From Gracilinanus agilis (taxonomy: Eukaryota), in the NCBI RefSeq assembly GCF_016433145.1, contig NC_058131.1:571734130-571798129 (forward strand): 64,000 nucleotides of DNA, given 5' to 3'. This document shows, piece by piece, positions 50,450 through 63,730 of this stretch (the first letter of the stretch is position 1; every line of letters begins with the position of its first letter). Made by a program: the position numbers and the translations under genes. The notes under the pieces are model-generated. The model worked only from the letters and a program-made list of their open reading frames with translations. It was not told the DNA's origin and searched no databases.

Positions 50450-50860
50450 TTTGAAACCCACTTACATGGCTGAGCTCTCATCTGTGGCTCCAAGAAGCTG
50501 TAGCAGCAGCCACACCCCAAAAAAACCATTTCGGCATATGGGCTAAACCAAATTGAAGGTAGCTGATGGGCCTCAGATCCACTGGTGAGTTAGGGGAGAC
50601 ATCTTCCCCCAGTGGAATGGGCAGATGAGAACAAGCAGGAACAGTGGGGAGTTTAGCCAGTCATGGAAGATGCCAACGTCACCCACTACATCTCAGGCAA
50701 TGCCCAATCATCCTGACTTTAGTACTGCCAGTGGACTTTGATGATTCTGGAAGAGAAGGAGGCTAATGACTTTTTGCAGCTCTGCCTCATGGGCAAGTTA
50801 AGACAACACCCTTGTGATGTCATTGATCCTCTTAGAAAACTAAGGAGGAAAAACAATAAT
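50450..50860 (+). mobile_element. RTE-related SINE (WALLSI4-like)
   Basis: ...gactttgatgattctggaagagaa...gctaatgactttttgcagctctgcctca...gtgatgtcattgatcctcttagaaaac matches the recalled WALLSI4/RTE-SINE 3' end. Confidence 0.6.
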
Positions 50861-51939
50861 TTACCCAAACAACCCCCTACTTAACCTTCGAAGTCTAATT
50901 CCAATTCTACTGTCCTAAGTCTATCCCTTCCTTGATGGATCCAGCCCCCAGTGACCTCTCCTGAGTCTGACTACATGCAGATCTTGTCATTCATCCCACT
51001 TCTCTACGTGTGTTTATTAACTATTTATGTGTGCATTTGTGTTTAGGCAGTCTCTGAAAGAAATCTGGAAAAGTTCCTGAGGACAAGGTTTGTGTCTTAC
51101 ACTTTATGGATTCAGTACCTTGTGGGATGTCTAGGAAAGTTTTGATCTTTTCTTTAGAGCAGCTAAATCTCTATGCCACAAGACAGGACATTGAAATGCA
51201 TGCAATAGCTTAAATTTTGCTTCTTAGCCCAGTTACTGCTTAGCCACTGTCACCTAATAATAATGCTTCCCACACTGCTCACAGTACAGCAGGCACACAT
51301 TTTGCTATAAGTACCTCCCACCAAGGATAACTGCTAAATGTGCTTCCAAGCCAAAAAAAAAAAAAAAAAAATCACCCCTGCCACCCTAGATTCTAATTAA
51401 TTCAATTCTATTGAATCTCCTACTGGTACCTGCCATCTGACAGTAAAGCTCAGCACCATCTGGGCTCTAGGGTTGCTACTCCACCAACAACATAAGTATT
51501 TCTATCGTGTCCTGGTGACAATTAAAATGGAGGCCACGTGTTACATTATCACAAAATTCTTAATCTGACAATTTCCACTTATGTCTGAACTTTTCATAAG
51601 AAGAGTATCAAACAGGAACAATGGGCTAGCTGCCACCTACCAGGTTTCATTTAGAAATAAAGATTTATGCTTCATAGAAGGGCAGAGTACATACCTGGGG
51701 ATAAAATGCTGGGCCTTGTGTCAAGAAGACTTAAGTTTAAATCTGACCCTGACCCTTACTAGCTGTGTTATCTTGGGCAACTCATTTAGGCTCTGTTTTA
51801 CCTCAGTTATCCATTTGTAAAATGGGGATAATACTGGCATAACCTACATCAGACAATCTACCCCTTTGGGGCATAAAAAGGAATTCTTTAATTTCTTTAA
51901 TTTAATGGGGAACCTGGAGGTCCTCTTACCATAGAGATG

Positions 51940-52686
51940 TGTAGGGATGAACCAGTCCACAGTGACAGGAAGTAGGAACCAGGGAGCCCCCTGCTGAGCC
52001 AGCATCAGTTGCAGGCTGTCAGTTGCTGACAGTTAGGGGAAGTTGCCTGCTAGGAGTGAGTTGGTCGTTGGGGGTTGTTTTCAGGTAGAGTGGGTTGGCG
52101 TTTAGTTGATGGAATATAAAGGTGGGCCTGAGCTTACTAAGAGGGCTTTTCACTTAAGACTTTAAAGGGTTTTTTGCTTCTGGGATCTCTAGAGAGCAGG
52201 AGGTCTGTCTTACAGGTAAGGATCTGCTGTCAGTTGGCTACTGACGGTTAGGCTGCTATAGAAACCTGACTGAAGGAGTGAGTTATGGCTATCCATTATT
52301 TTAGGGAGTTAGGTAGATAGTGAATAATTTATAGTGTAGGTTAGATAGGCCTGGTGTTTGTCAGGCAAGAAGAAGCTGTCCTCACAAGACAGTTAGAGGT
52401 AGTTATTAGGAATTTTAGGTAGTACTAGGAATTTTAGGTATATTTATAGGGTATAAGATTAGCAATCTCTCTTTCCTCTTTTCTATCTTTCCCTCTGTTA
52501 CTATATTCTTTTACTATCTCTATTTTAATTAAACAAAATTGTTAATTGTTAAAAGCTGCTAGAAGTTTTATTTTCTCTGGCTTAAAGGGATAATATTAAT
52601 GTACAACTCTACTATATTCTCATTAAAACTGAAATCCTTAAAAGCTGCTCTCTTATTCTGTCAAAACTCCTATTTTAACCCTTACA
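51940..52686. mobile_element. Solo ERV LTR-like element
   Basis: TG...CA ends with short inverted termini (TGTAGGGAT / ACCCTTACA), about 750 bp, internal tandem duplication (CTAGGAATTTTAGGTA). No TSD seen. Confidence 0.55.
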
Positions 52687-52847
52687 GGGGGTTGAGGCAG
52701 GAGGAAACGGGAAGAGAGGAAGAGAGAAAATCTGAATCCCAAAATGTCAGAAAACAATTGTAAAAAATTGTTTCTATGTGTAACTGAAAAGATTCATTAT
52801 TTTTAAAAATGGGAATAATAGCAGCACATAACCTCCCATATTTATTG

Positions 52848-53700
52848 TGTAGGAATTAAATTTTAATGGTTTGACTAAAATGTATGAAATTTATAAATAA
52901 TATGGTAGTTGCCTATTCAAAGTATTATTGCTTCAGAGTCTAAATGACTTTAATAGCTTTTATTTACAAAAGAGGTGGAAAGAATGAAAGCAGAGAAATA
53001 CAAAAGGGTAGAGAAGACATTAGCTTATTTAACTAAATATTGCTCTAGTACTAGACTCAGTCAGGACTTGTTGACCTTCAACCGGAATTTAATTCTCTCC
53101 AGAAGACAGGAAGGGAAAGCCAGCTATCCACTCACCCAAGTTCCCTCCAAGAGGCAGGTCAAGACAATGACTTAAGCTGAAGGTGATTCCTGAGACCCAC
53201 TTTCTTCCTTGAGCTGACCTTCTTGAAGCTGACTTGCTTCTTGGAGTCAACTTCTCCTAGTCCCAGAAATTCAGGGCCTTTTATATAAGTTTCTTGTCCC
53301 TTCCCCTTTTCACAAGGGCCAATCACAGCTTCCAAATTGCCCAGGACTGCCCAGGGGGCAGTGTTTGTGGGAACTGCTTCTTACCTTCTGGAGAGGTGAA
53401 TACTCATCAAAAGAATTCATAGATTCCTGGCTGACTGAGGTATAAATTCTCATTTCCTGGCAGATTGAGTTGAAAAGATGGAAAGCTCCTCCACCTAGTC
53501 CTAAGTAGGGTGTTCAAGCTTTTGTTGATTCAATTCAAAAGTAGAAAAAGGAAAGTTAATCCTGTCTTCATAATCAGAGAGGTACTAAGTAGGGGTGCTT
53601 AAAGTATTGTTAACCAAAGTGTTAACTCAAAATAGACAAAGGGAATAAAGAATTCCCTTTCACAAGTATAAACTCAGAGAACAAAGAATTCCCTTTAACA
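52848..53700 (-). mobile_element. Solo ERV LTR (853 bp) inserted into a MIR
   Basis: TG...CA ends, near-TSD ATTG/ACTG, MIR halves on both sides (52805-52847 and 53701-53790). Minus-strand TATA (about 53279-53287) and AATAAA (52958-52963) are in LTR order. Confidence 0.75.
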
Positions 53701-54299
53701 ACTGTAAAGATCAAATGAGATAATATTTGTAAAATACTTAGCACTGTACCTGAAACATAGTAAGTACTAAAAAAATGCTAGCTATTACTATTACCACTAC
53801 TTCTATTACTTCTTTTCTCTTACATCTTTTGTCAAAAGGTATAGATATGTCTCCTAAAGCCTATTAGGTTTGGCCTTAGCCACCCGTCCAGCAGAGAGTC
53901 ACAGCAGAGAGTCACGCCAGAGGGTTGCACAGTTTAGAGCAAGTGAGGAGCACAGGACCTATCTCTAACTGCCCAAAGTGTTTGAAGAGGTAATTTTACC
54001 AGCCAGGTATAGGTTAAGTAAGATTTGACAAAAGTAAAACGTTTTCCTTCTTAACCATACCTTACCTCTAAAGAAAAGTTTGTTTTACTCCTCTTACTTG
54101 GAATTCTTTTTATCTCTTGAGGCATGACTATTTGGCTTTTCCACATAATTAGCAGGGTTCCCATGGAAAAGTCTTTAAGAGCTTCAATTTCTTCATCTAT
54201 AAAATGTTCATTTACATTTCATAGAACTGTTGTAAAATCAAACTGAAGAACAAGTACAAAGATGTTTCTATTTGCATGACCTCAATCAAGAAGACTTGG

Positions 54300-54760
54300 G
54301 AGGGTGATGTTAATAATGTGAAGGGTTGTCACATGGAAGGTAGTTTTTAGATTTGTTCTGACTAGCACTAAAAGGCAGAACAATAACCAAAAGGAGAAAA
54401 TTATAGAAAACAAGATTTCCTCTTAACATACAGAAAAATATACTAATATGTGATGTAACAGAAACATCACAAGACTTGGAGATTTGGATTTGAATTCCAA
54501 TTCGCTGTGTGACCATGAGCAAAACAGTTACTCTTTCCTAGCCTCTACTTCTTATTTTTGGTTTTCGTCATTGTTACTGAAAAAAGCACTTTGCAAACTT
54601 TAAAATCCATAGGAATTTGCATCATCATAGTTAGTAAGACTGTCCAAAAATAAAATGGGCTGCCTCAGGGGGTTAGTGAGTGTTCTAGCACTGGGAGTTT
54701 TCAAGCAGAGATTGAATGACCACTTGTTAGGGATATTATTAAGATAGAATTCCTGTATTG
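54300..54760 (+). mobile_element. L3/CR1 3' fragment interrupted by a MIR piece
   Basis: aagggttgtcacatggaagg...gatttgttctg...; aatgggctgcctcagg...ttcaagcagagattgaatgaccacttgttaggga is a CR1/L3 3' signature. Confidence 0.65.
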
Positions 54761-56329
54761 GATGAAAATATTTTAAATTTATTAGGAAATCTCATGATTT
54801 AGGGAGAATGTTCCAGAGTGCCGTCCTTGCCCAAAAGACTAGTTCTTTGTACCATATTCCTTCATAATTATAAGTTATAGCATTGAGAAGTAATCACTCC
54901 TTTCAGTATCTTCTGGAACTGACCTTTGACTTCTCTGGAGTAGCCATGTGACATTTGCACTTATCACTTATTTTTCACAGCTTACTGTAGGCTAGAGTTT
55001 CCAGATACACTCTAACTAGGAATGATGCAGGACCTCAGTAGATAACCACGGGCATCAATACTATCAACTTGCCTTTGAACTTCTCCATATTCCTGGAAAA
55101 TTTGGGTTGTATAATCTGGACTTAGTTTATTATGTGAAGTTTTTAAAGATCTAAATAAAGTTTCAGGAAGAAGAAAAGTCACTCTCTTCTTCTGTCTCCT
55201 TATCTTCACAAAAGGAAGAATTAGAAAGAAAATGGGCTTTATTCCTAGGAAGGGAGTTTAGATAGATGTAAGGAAGAACTGATTGGCAGCAAGGAAGGTT
55301 CAACAAGGCCAGGCTCCCTGGTCTCTATTTTAACACTGACTTGAGCTTCCAGGAAACACCAGCTCATTCTTTTCTTTCTTCCTCAGTAACAGAGTTGAGC
55401 AATAACATCTGCCCAGTACCAGAACCTCATTCTATTTTAACCATTCAGGAAAAAGACTTCCAGCATCCTGACCCTTCTGTGTAACATACTCGGGCAACTA
55501 GAATCTACAAAGTGGAAAGGCCAGCTCATGCTGAGGCAGAAGTCTGTCCTCTGGCCTCTCCCATCCAAGAGAGACAAACAATTTTACCAAAGCTTTCTGT
55601 GGCTGGGCTGAAGCCAAGCTCCTCATTAGCAGACATCTGTTCACTGACTCTCCTGGCTCCTGAAATTGCTTTTGATGCCAAGAAGTAACGAAGTCATTGA
55701 TGAGGCCAGAGAAGAGTTCCTGGAAGAAGCACTGTGGCACTCAATCCAGCCCTGAACACAAACTTGCATTTGGCTGAGAATGAAATCGAGGGCATCCCAG
55801 CACATGGTTTGAATGGGCAGGTGAGGGCACTTGGGCTAGAACAGCTCTCTCTGCCAATGCTATTTCTGAGGTGAGGCAGCAGGATGGAAACTAAACTAGT
55901 TTCTGTCACAGACTCAATCTGTGATCTAGGCAAATCAACTAACTTCTCTGGGTCTGAATTTCTTCATCAATAAGACAGGGATAATCGATCCCTGCTCTAC
56001 CTGCATCAAAGGCATGTATGTGAAAGCTCTTGGAAAAGTACAAATTTATGTAGAAGTGAAAAAGATTATCATGAGGAAGTAGATCCTGCCTCACTTAATT
56101 CTTCTGTTGTCAAAAGCATAACTAAGAATGGAATCCTGTAGACCATGGTGCTAGAGTCAGGAAGATCTGAATTCAAATCAGTCTCAGCGGTTTACTAGCT
56201 ATGTGACCCTGGACAATTTCCTTAACCATTGCTTCAATTCCCTTTTCGGTAAAATGGAGATAACAATAGCACCTACTTTCTAGGATTGTTATAAGGATAA
56301 AATGAAATAGTATTTATAAAGTGTTTTGT

Positions 56330-56502
56330 AGGGACAACTAGGTGGCTCAGTGGATAGAAAGCCAGGCCTAGATATGGGAGGTCCTGAGTTCAAATCTGAC
56401 CTTAAACACTTCTGGGCTGTGTGACTCTGGGCAAGTCACTCAACTCCCATTTCCTAACTCTTATTGCTCTTTGCTTTGGAAATTATTAAGACAGAAGGTA
56501 AG
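56330..56502 (+). mobile_element. Older SINE1_Mdo-type SINE (host of a nested insertion)
   Basis: Its tail is interrupted and resumes at 56711. Confidence 0.85.
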
Positions 56503-56710
56503 GAGGACAGCTGGGTAGCTCAGTGGATTGAGAGCCAGGCCTAGAGATGGGAGGTCCTAAGTTCAAATCTGGCCTCAGACACCAGCTGTGTGACCCTGGG
56601 CAAGTCACTTGACCCCCATTGCCTACCCTTACCATTCTTCTGCCTTGGAGCCAATACACAGTATTGTATGGAAGGTAAGGGTTTAAAAAAAAAAGAAAAG
56701 AAAAAGAAAA
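56503..56710 (+). mobile_element. Younger SINE nested in the tail of the preceding SINE
   Basis: 15-bp TSD AAGACAGAAGGTAAG at 56488-56502 and 56711-56725. Confidence 0.9.
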
Positions 56711-57889
56711 AAGACAGAAGGTAAGTATTTTTTAAAAATTAAGTGTTTTATAAACTTTAAAGTATTAAATGGATAATATATATAAAATGTAAATGTCAGC
56801 TGGCTAAGAATAGAGAGCTAGAAACTATGAGGTTATCAACAGGTATTTACCTCACAATGCAAATATAAGGCCTAGTTTGGAGATGAGGTGGAAAAACTGG
56901 CCAATGACATACAGCATTCCTACACACTGAAAAATGGGGCACGAAACCAAAGAGTTTTTAGCTCTCAGACTTTTTTCCAGACAATTGTTCAGTCTGAATA
57001 TGTCTTTTTAGGCAAAGTTACCCTGAGTGCCAAGCACACAGTTAATAAGGAGTTGCCAATTAATTCCAAGTTGTCCTTGTCTGTGCTTTCTCAGGAAGTC
57101 CTGAGGGATGAAGGAAGGTGGGAGGCACAGCATATGAAGGAGGGAGGGAGCTCTGGACCGGGAACCAGAAAACTTGGATGGCTTCCTAGAACATCCACCA
57201 ATGTGTTACCAATATTATGGCTAGGAAATGAACTGGAAAGGTTGGCAAGGGCCTTGGGTTTGTTGTATAAAATAGAATCATGTACCAGAAGTTCATGGCT
57301 TCACATATCCTACTTTTTGTTCTTATTTTCTACTGAAAATGATTGTATTGCTGATTGCTGTTAAACCCACAAATCATTTTCTAGGTGACATGTAGCTCAG
57401 GCATATATTATTCAAGTGCTTTTGTGACCTCTGGTTCTCCAAGACCTTTTGACTTCTGTTTAGAATAGTTTATGAAGAATAGGCATTATAAAATCTTCTG
57501 CAGCAAAACCAAAAAGGTCTTTGGAGAACCAGAGACTACAGAAGCATCTGATAACATATGCCTGAGTTACCCAACACTAAGAAAGTTCCCTACCATCTCT
57601 TCTAAACATTTTCTTGGTTTCCATGGGAAGGATTGTGGTCAGCATGGTATGAAAGTTGCTAGCATAGCACTTTGCATTTGAAAAGAGTTTTGTTTTACTT
57701 TTTAGAGTAGGCTTGCTTTTTTTTTTTTTTGAAGAACAATTTTGAGTTTTCAAAAATGCATCTTAGTAGGTCAGTTTGGGATTGACAAACCATATGAACA
57801 ATCTGTAAACCAGTCATGGCAATCCCAACAGCTAAGCCTGAATGTGATGGAAACTAATCAATATTTGGTCAGAATTTCCACAGATTGGA

Positions 57890-58047
57890 GGGTAGATAGG
57901 TGGTCCAAAGATGGAAAGTCCTGGATTCAAATGCGACCTCAGACACTTCCCAGGTGTATGACCCTGGGCAATTCACTTAACCTCCATTGCTTACCCCTTA
58001 TTATTATTCTGCCTTAGAACCAACACATAGTATTGTACAGATGGTAA
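57890..58047 (+). mobile_element. SINE1_Mdo-type SINE
   Basis: Family core and tail. Confidence 0.8.
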
Positions 58048-58799
58048 GGGTTTAAAAAAAAAAAGAATTTCCATGAATTGGGGAAGAATATTTGTACAAT
58101 ATTCCCTATACCTCCTTTTCTCTGAAAGAACCATGGGGAAAGAAATCTTTGTTTCTTGGTTTCCTAGGCCAAAATCAATGACCACTAAGGTCCCTTCTAG
58201 CATTAAACTTATGATCCCATGATCCCAGACCTCCCCATTTATTCAAACAAGCTTCCCCTATGAGCAAGGATCTAACTTTTGCACTAAGAGTTAAGGTTTT
58301 AGCCACTAATTCAACAAGAATATTACATAAAAGCAAGGAATGAAGAAGGGTTTAAGAAAGCAAATCTGAGTCAATCCTAACATGGCCAGTCCACTTTAAT
58401 TAAGCAGAAAATCCAAGATCTGACATTAATTGAGACAGTCACCGAAATTCAAGAATCTTGATAAGTTAGGCAATGAGACATCTATCAACCCATGCAATCA
58501 TCCTAGCCCTTCCCCCTCTCCTAAACTGCAGTTATCAAGGATGCAAGCTGAGGCAAATAGGAAATTAGGGAAATAGTAGTCACCATTTTTTTTTCATTCT
58601 GTGAACAATGGTCTGATCCCATGGAACCCTAGAATATCTGAGCTGGAAAATACCTTCTGAGGTGATCTGGAACAATCTTTATCTAACTCAGGAACCCAAT
58701 TTCCAATAAGTAATTCTCTATGTCCTAAAGTAGTTCACTCCATAGAAATTTCTGATGAGCTCCAATTATCAGAGATTTTCCTTATATCAAATTGAAAAA

Positions 58800-59200
58800 A
58801 AACAAAACCCTTTCTTCTGTCTTAGAATAGATATTAAATACTGGTTCCAAGGCAGAAGAATGGTAAAAGATAGGCAGTGGGAGTTAAGTGACTTAACCAG
58901 GGCCACAGAGATAGGAAGTATCTGAGGCCTAATGACCTTCCATCTCTAGGCCTGGCTCTCAATCAACTGAACCACTTACCTGCCCCCTATACTTACTATT
59001 TTTTTTTTTTAATCCTTACCTTCCATCTTGGAGTCAATACAGTGTATTGGCTCCAAGGCAGAAGAGTGGTAAGGGTAGGCAATGGGGGTCAAGTGACTTG
59101 CCCAGGGTCACATAGCTGGGAAGTGTCTGAGGCCAGATTTGAACCTAGGACCTCCCATCTCTAGGCCTGGCTCTCAATCCACTGAGCCACCCAGCTGCCT
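58800..59200 (-). mobile_element. Two tandem SINE1_Mdo-type SINEs
   Basis: The younger copy (about 59004-59200) is flanked by CCTATA(C/T)TTACTATTTTT at 58986-59003 and 59201-59218. Confidence 0.88.
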
Positions 59201-60339
59201 CCTATATTTACTATTTTTTAAAACATTCATTTGTAAAAATTTTGAGTTCCTAGTAGTGCTTCTCCTACCCACTGAGAAGGCAAGCAATATGATACTCATT
59301 ATCCATGTGAAGTCACATAAAACATATTTCCATATTTAATGGATACTTACTCTTTCTCCTCTGAGTTGCTAAAAACAATGTTAAGTGTGTCACCTATAAA
59401 TACTTTTATATCTGTACATTTAAAAACTTGGGAACAGAATTTTCTAATCTATTTAAGTATCTTCCAAAGAGTTCCAAGTCTATAAAAATGAAACACGTCC
59501 CAATTAGTTTGTGAGAGCAACTGCCTAACATCAGGAAAGAGGGAAATTTACTAGCTGAATTTCAACAAGGCCTTTGTATAAATGGTGGATGGAACTGAAT
59601 GATGACTATTATCATTTTGAATGTATAGCCAATGAAACACCTTTTTTCCCATCTGAAGTTAAATATCTGTATAATGTATCTCTTTTCATTTATGGCAGTC
59701 ATTAAAATAAAATTTCAAAACAAATTTCAAAACTAACTGAACTTAGAATTTGGCTTCCAAATTGCTATATCACAATCTATCAAACCAAGATTTTAAAAAA
59801 TAATGAAACCTATTTAATCACATTGACCTCACCAAAATAGGATATTTTAGTGAGAACAAAAAGGCCATAGTGCCATTAAAACTATTTTCAAAATATTATT
59901 TCATATTTTAAAATGCCTATTTTTGTGTAAGTTTCATAAGTACTAAATATGTAAATATGTAATTTATAAATAAATAAATGGGCAAATACTGGGGTATAAT
60001 GCTAAAAATGTTTGTTAAGAGGGATGCACAATCAGAAAGGTTTGGGGATGGGGGCAAATAAAGTTAGGTAGCAGAGTGGAAAGAGCACCAGGCTAGGAGT
60101 CAGGAAGACTTCAGACACTTCCTTCCTGTGTGACCCTGGGCAAGTCACTTAAACTCAACTGCTTAGTCCTTGCCATTCTTCTGTCTTAGAACTGATTCTA
60201 AGACAGAAGGTAAGGGTTTGAAAAAAGTTTGGGGACTAGAGTTTGTATTCTGGAGGGTTAAGGGAGCTATAGGGATTCAAAGGTAGATTTCAACTCAATC
60301 TAAGACCATTCTAATGATAGTCTTATAAATCTCTTCAAT

Positions 60340-61670
60340 ATGGGAGAGATTGGGTCTAGATCAACATCTTATACCCTCTACCAAGATAAATTCAGAATGG
60401 GTGAATGACTTGAATATAAAGAAGGAAACTGTAAGTAAATTAGGTGAACACAGAATTGTATACTTGTCAGATCTCTGGGAAAGGAAAGATTTTAAAACCA
60501 AGCAAGAGTTAGAAAAAAATTACAAAATGTAAAACAAATAATTTTGATTACATTAAATTTAAAAGTTTTTGTACAAACAAAACCAATGCAACCAAAATTA
60601 ATAGGGGAAGCAACAAAATGGGGAAAAATCTTTATAACAAAAAAAAACTCTGACAAAGGCCTAATTACTCAAATATATAAGGAGCTAAACCAATTATACA
60701 AAAAAAAAAAATCAAGCCATTCTCCAACTGATAAATGGGCAAGAGACACGAATAGGCAATTTTCAGATAAAGATATCAAAACTATCAACAAACACATGAA
60801 AAAGTGTTCTAAATCTTTTATAATTAGAGAAATGCAAATCAAAGGTACCACTTCACACCTAGCAGAATAGCTAACATGACAGCAAAGGAAAGTGGTGAAT
60901 GTTGGAGGGGATGTGGCAAAATTGGGACATTAATGCATTGCTGGTGGAGTTGTGAATTGATCCAACCATTCTGGATGGCAAAGACTATCTGCCTTTTGAT
61001 CCAGCCACAGCACTGCTTGGTTTATATCCCAAAGAGATAATTAGGAAAAAGACGTACAAAAATATTTATAGCTGCTCTCTTTGTGGTGGCAAAAAATTGG
61101 AAAATGAGGGGATGTCCTTCTATAGAGGAATGGCCGGACAAATTGTGGTATCTGTTGGTGATGGAATACTATTGTGCTCAAAGGAATAAAGAACTAGAGG
61201 AATTCCATGTGAACTGGAAAGACCTCCAGGAACTGATGCAGAGTGAAAGGAGCAGAACCAGGAGAACATTAATACACAGAGGCTGATACACTGTGGTAAA
61301 ATCTAACATAACGGATTTCTCTAGTAGCAGCAATGCAAGGATCCAGAGCAAGGCTGAGGGACTTATGAGAAAGAAAACTAGCCACATTCAGAGGAAGAAC
61401 TGTGGGAGGAGAAACACAGAAGAAAAACAACTGCTTGAACACATGGGCTGTTGGGAATATTATTGGGGATGTAGACACTAAACGATAACTCTAGTCCAAC
61501 TATCAATAATATGGAATTAGGTCTTAATCAATGATACATGTAAAACCCAGTGTAACTGTGTGTCGGCTAAGGGAAGGATGAGTTGGGGGGAGAGGGAAAG
61601 AACATGAAACATATAACTATGGGAAAATATCCAAATTTTTAAAAAATCACAGAAAAAAAAAAAGAAACCT
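60340..61670 (+). mobile_element. 5'-truncated, relatively young L1 (ORF2 C-terminal third, 3'UTR and A tail)
   Basis: Translations HLIPSTKINSEWVNDLNIKKETV and VAKNWKMRGCPSIEEWPDKLWY...MEYY are L1 ORF2 motifs. Broken by frameshifts. Confidence 0.92.
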
Positions 61671-63252
61671 CTTCATCCTGGGAAAATCACTTCAGCCCTG
61701 GAATTCACACCCTGGAAGAGGCATCCTTTCCCAGTGCCCCTCCCTCTGGTTAGATGGCACGTCCCATAGCCTCTATTTAAGGAGCATACTCCGTCCTGCT
61801 AGTCTCTTCATTCCCTATCACTGCAAGCACTACAGCCAGACTTCCCCACTTTTCTAGCTATATTTTCTGCTTGTTGACTAACTAATAAAGGAATGTGTGA
61901 ATGGAAAAGTATTTAAGTGTTTAATATGTACAAAGTACTGAGCTTGGGAATCAAACCAAAGAGTAACATAATTTCTGCTCTCAAGGAGGTCACATTGTAA
62001 TAGGGGGAGAAAACACACTGGGAAGTATTAGCTGCAGATCAGACAACAGGGCCCTATGGTCCTTTTAGTGCAGCTAAATAATATAGATATAATATTATCT
62101 AATATAAGATAAATGGATAAAACCCTTATCCATTTCTGATCCATTCAACAGAGACAAGGCCTTTAAGATGGACTATTTCACCGTAAAAATTGAGTATCCC
62201 CGGACAAGTCATTTAATTCCAATTGCCTAGCTCTTGCAGTCTTCTACCTTAGAACTGATACTTAGTAGACGATTTTAAAACAAAAGATAAGGGTTTAAAA
62301 TTTTTTTTAAAAAAGCTCAATGACCATTTGACAGACGAAGTTGAATAGGGAAGTCCTGCTTTACAAAGGGTTTGGACTAAGTGACTTTTTAGGTTCTTTT
62401 CAACACTAAGGTTTATTTCAATACTAATTTTCCTTTCTAGAAAAATGATGTTATTTATCACTTTAACAAATGAGATAGTTTGGGTTAAAGGAAAAATGAG
62501 GTACAACCTAAACTTATACAAGTAAAAAAGCATCAAAGCCCTTGAAAGAGGATTGAAATTGCAGTCTCCCTTGCTTCACCTCTGGTCTCCACCTCAGAAA
62601 AATTAGTGTTTCCACATAATTAACATTCTGTTTTCTGCACATAATATGCTACTAACCCAATGTCAGTATAATATGTTTTGTGAATCTTTCTTTTTCTTTC
62701 ACTAGAGAGTATCTACCTGCCCTGAATAATCCGTGTTCTCTTTCTCCATTTTCCTCACTTCATCAGTGGCATGCATTTGCGAAGTGGTTAGTTAAAGGAG
62801 AGATAGAATCTAGACTACAAAACAGGGCAATGTTATGTATGGATAACACATGGATTGAACCCATAACTCTGGCCTACTTGATTAGCAGAATACTAGAACC
62901 TATTTCCCAAAAAACATATTGTGACACAATAGTATGTGGCAATATCCTGGTTTCCTCACTGCCTTTCCACTCAAGAAAGAGGAAAAGGTCAGTTAAGTGT
63001 TTATAAATCTGTTATAGAGATAGAAGGTGGGCTGAGCACAGATAAGCCTCCCCTCCCACTGTCAGTACTCCTTTTATGTTCCAGAAAGTATACAGGTATC
63101 AGTGGCCCAAAAAAGGTTACAATATAATCACACTAACAAACTGTCTTAAGAAGTCACAGAAAAGAAAAAAAGTTATATTTTAAGCCTAGATAGTTAAAAA
63201 AAAGTTTCACTAGCATTCAAAACAATGTACTTTTCAAAAAGAAAGCCCTTAC

Positions 63253-63304
63253 CTCTGTGCATTATCTTATGCTTCTCTCTCAGATATGTAAGACCCTTTA
63301 TTAC
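63253..63304 (-). CDS. MAP2K1: MAP2K1 exon 5
   Basis: tag|GTAATAAAG...CACAGAG|gtaagg, 52 nt, VIKGLTYLREKHKIMHR(D). Confidence 0.97.
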
Positions 63305-63554
63305 CTAGTGGAAAAGATATAAAGATATTTATGTTGAAAGGTCAAATAAGTACAAAAATCCACAAATGTATGTTTGATAACAAAGTATAAATTGTCCAAG
63401 AGATATTATCCATCAATACAATATTAAGCTAAGATGATAAACTATAGGAGAGGAAAAGAGAGGAAGAAGGTTTGAAGGTTTGTTCGATTTGAGGTACACG
63501 TTGACATTCAGATAGAGATATCAAGCAGGCAGCTAGAAATATTAGACTGCAGGA

Positions 63555-63730
63555 TGGGCAGGTAGGTCACTCAGTGGATTGAGAGCCAGGCCTAGAGACA
63601 GGAGGTCCTGGGTTCAAATCTGACCTCAGACACTTCCTAGCTGTGTGACCCTGGAGCCCTTACCATTCTTCTGCCTTGAAACCAATACATGGTATTTATC
63701 CTAAGAGAATGGTAAGGGTTTTAAAAAAGG
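63555..63730 (+). mobile_element. SINE1_Mdo-type SINE with internal deletion
   Basis: Head and tail present, the ggcaagtcacttaacccc segment is missing. Confidence 0.8.

Noticed and set aside
53889-53914. 13-bp tandem duplication CAGCAGAGAGTCA x2
   Set aside because: Consistent with an ordinary slippage duplication, with no further structure.
56888-57364. 158-aa plus-strand ORF antisense in MAP2K1 intron 5
   Set aside because: GTG start, no recognisable domain, no splice or promoter context, and the 3' part resembles SINE remnants.
60350-61481. ORFs with L1 ORF2 similarity as an active element
   Set aside because: 5'-truncated, frameshifted, and lacking the endonuclease and RT core.
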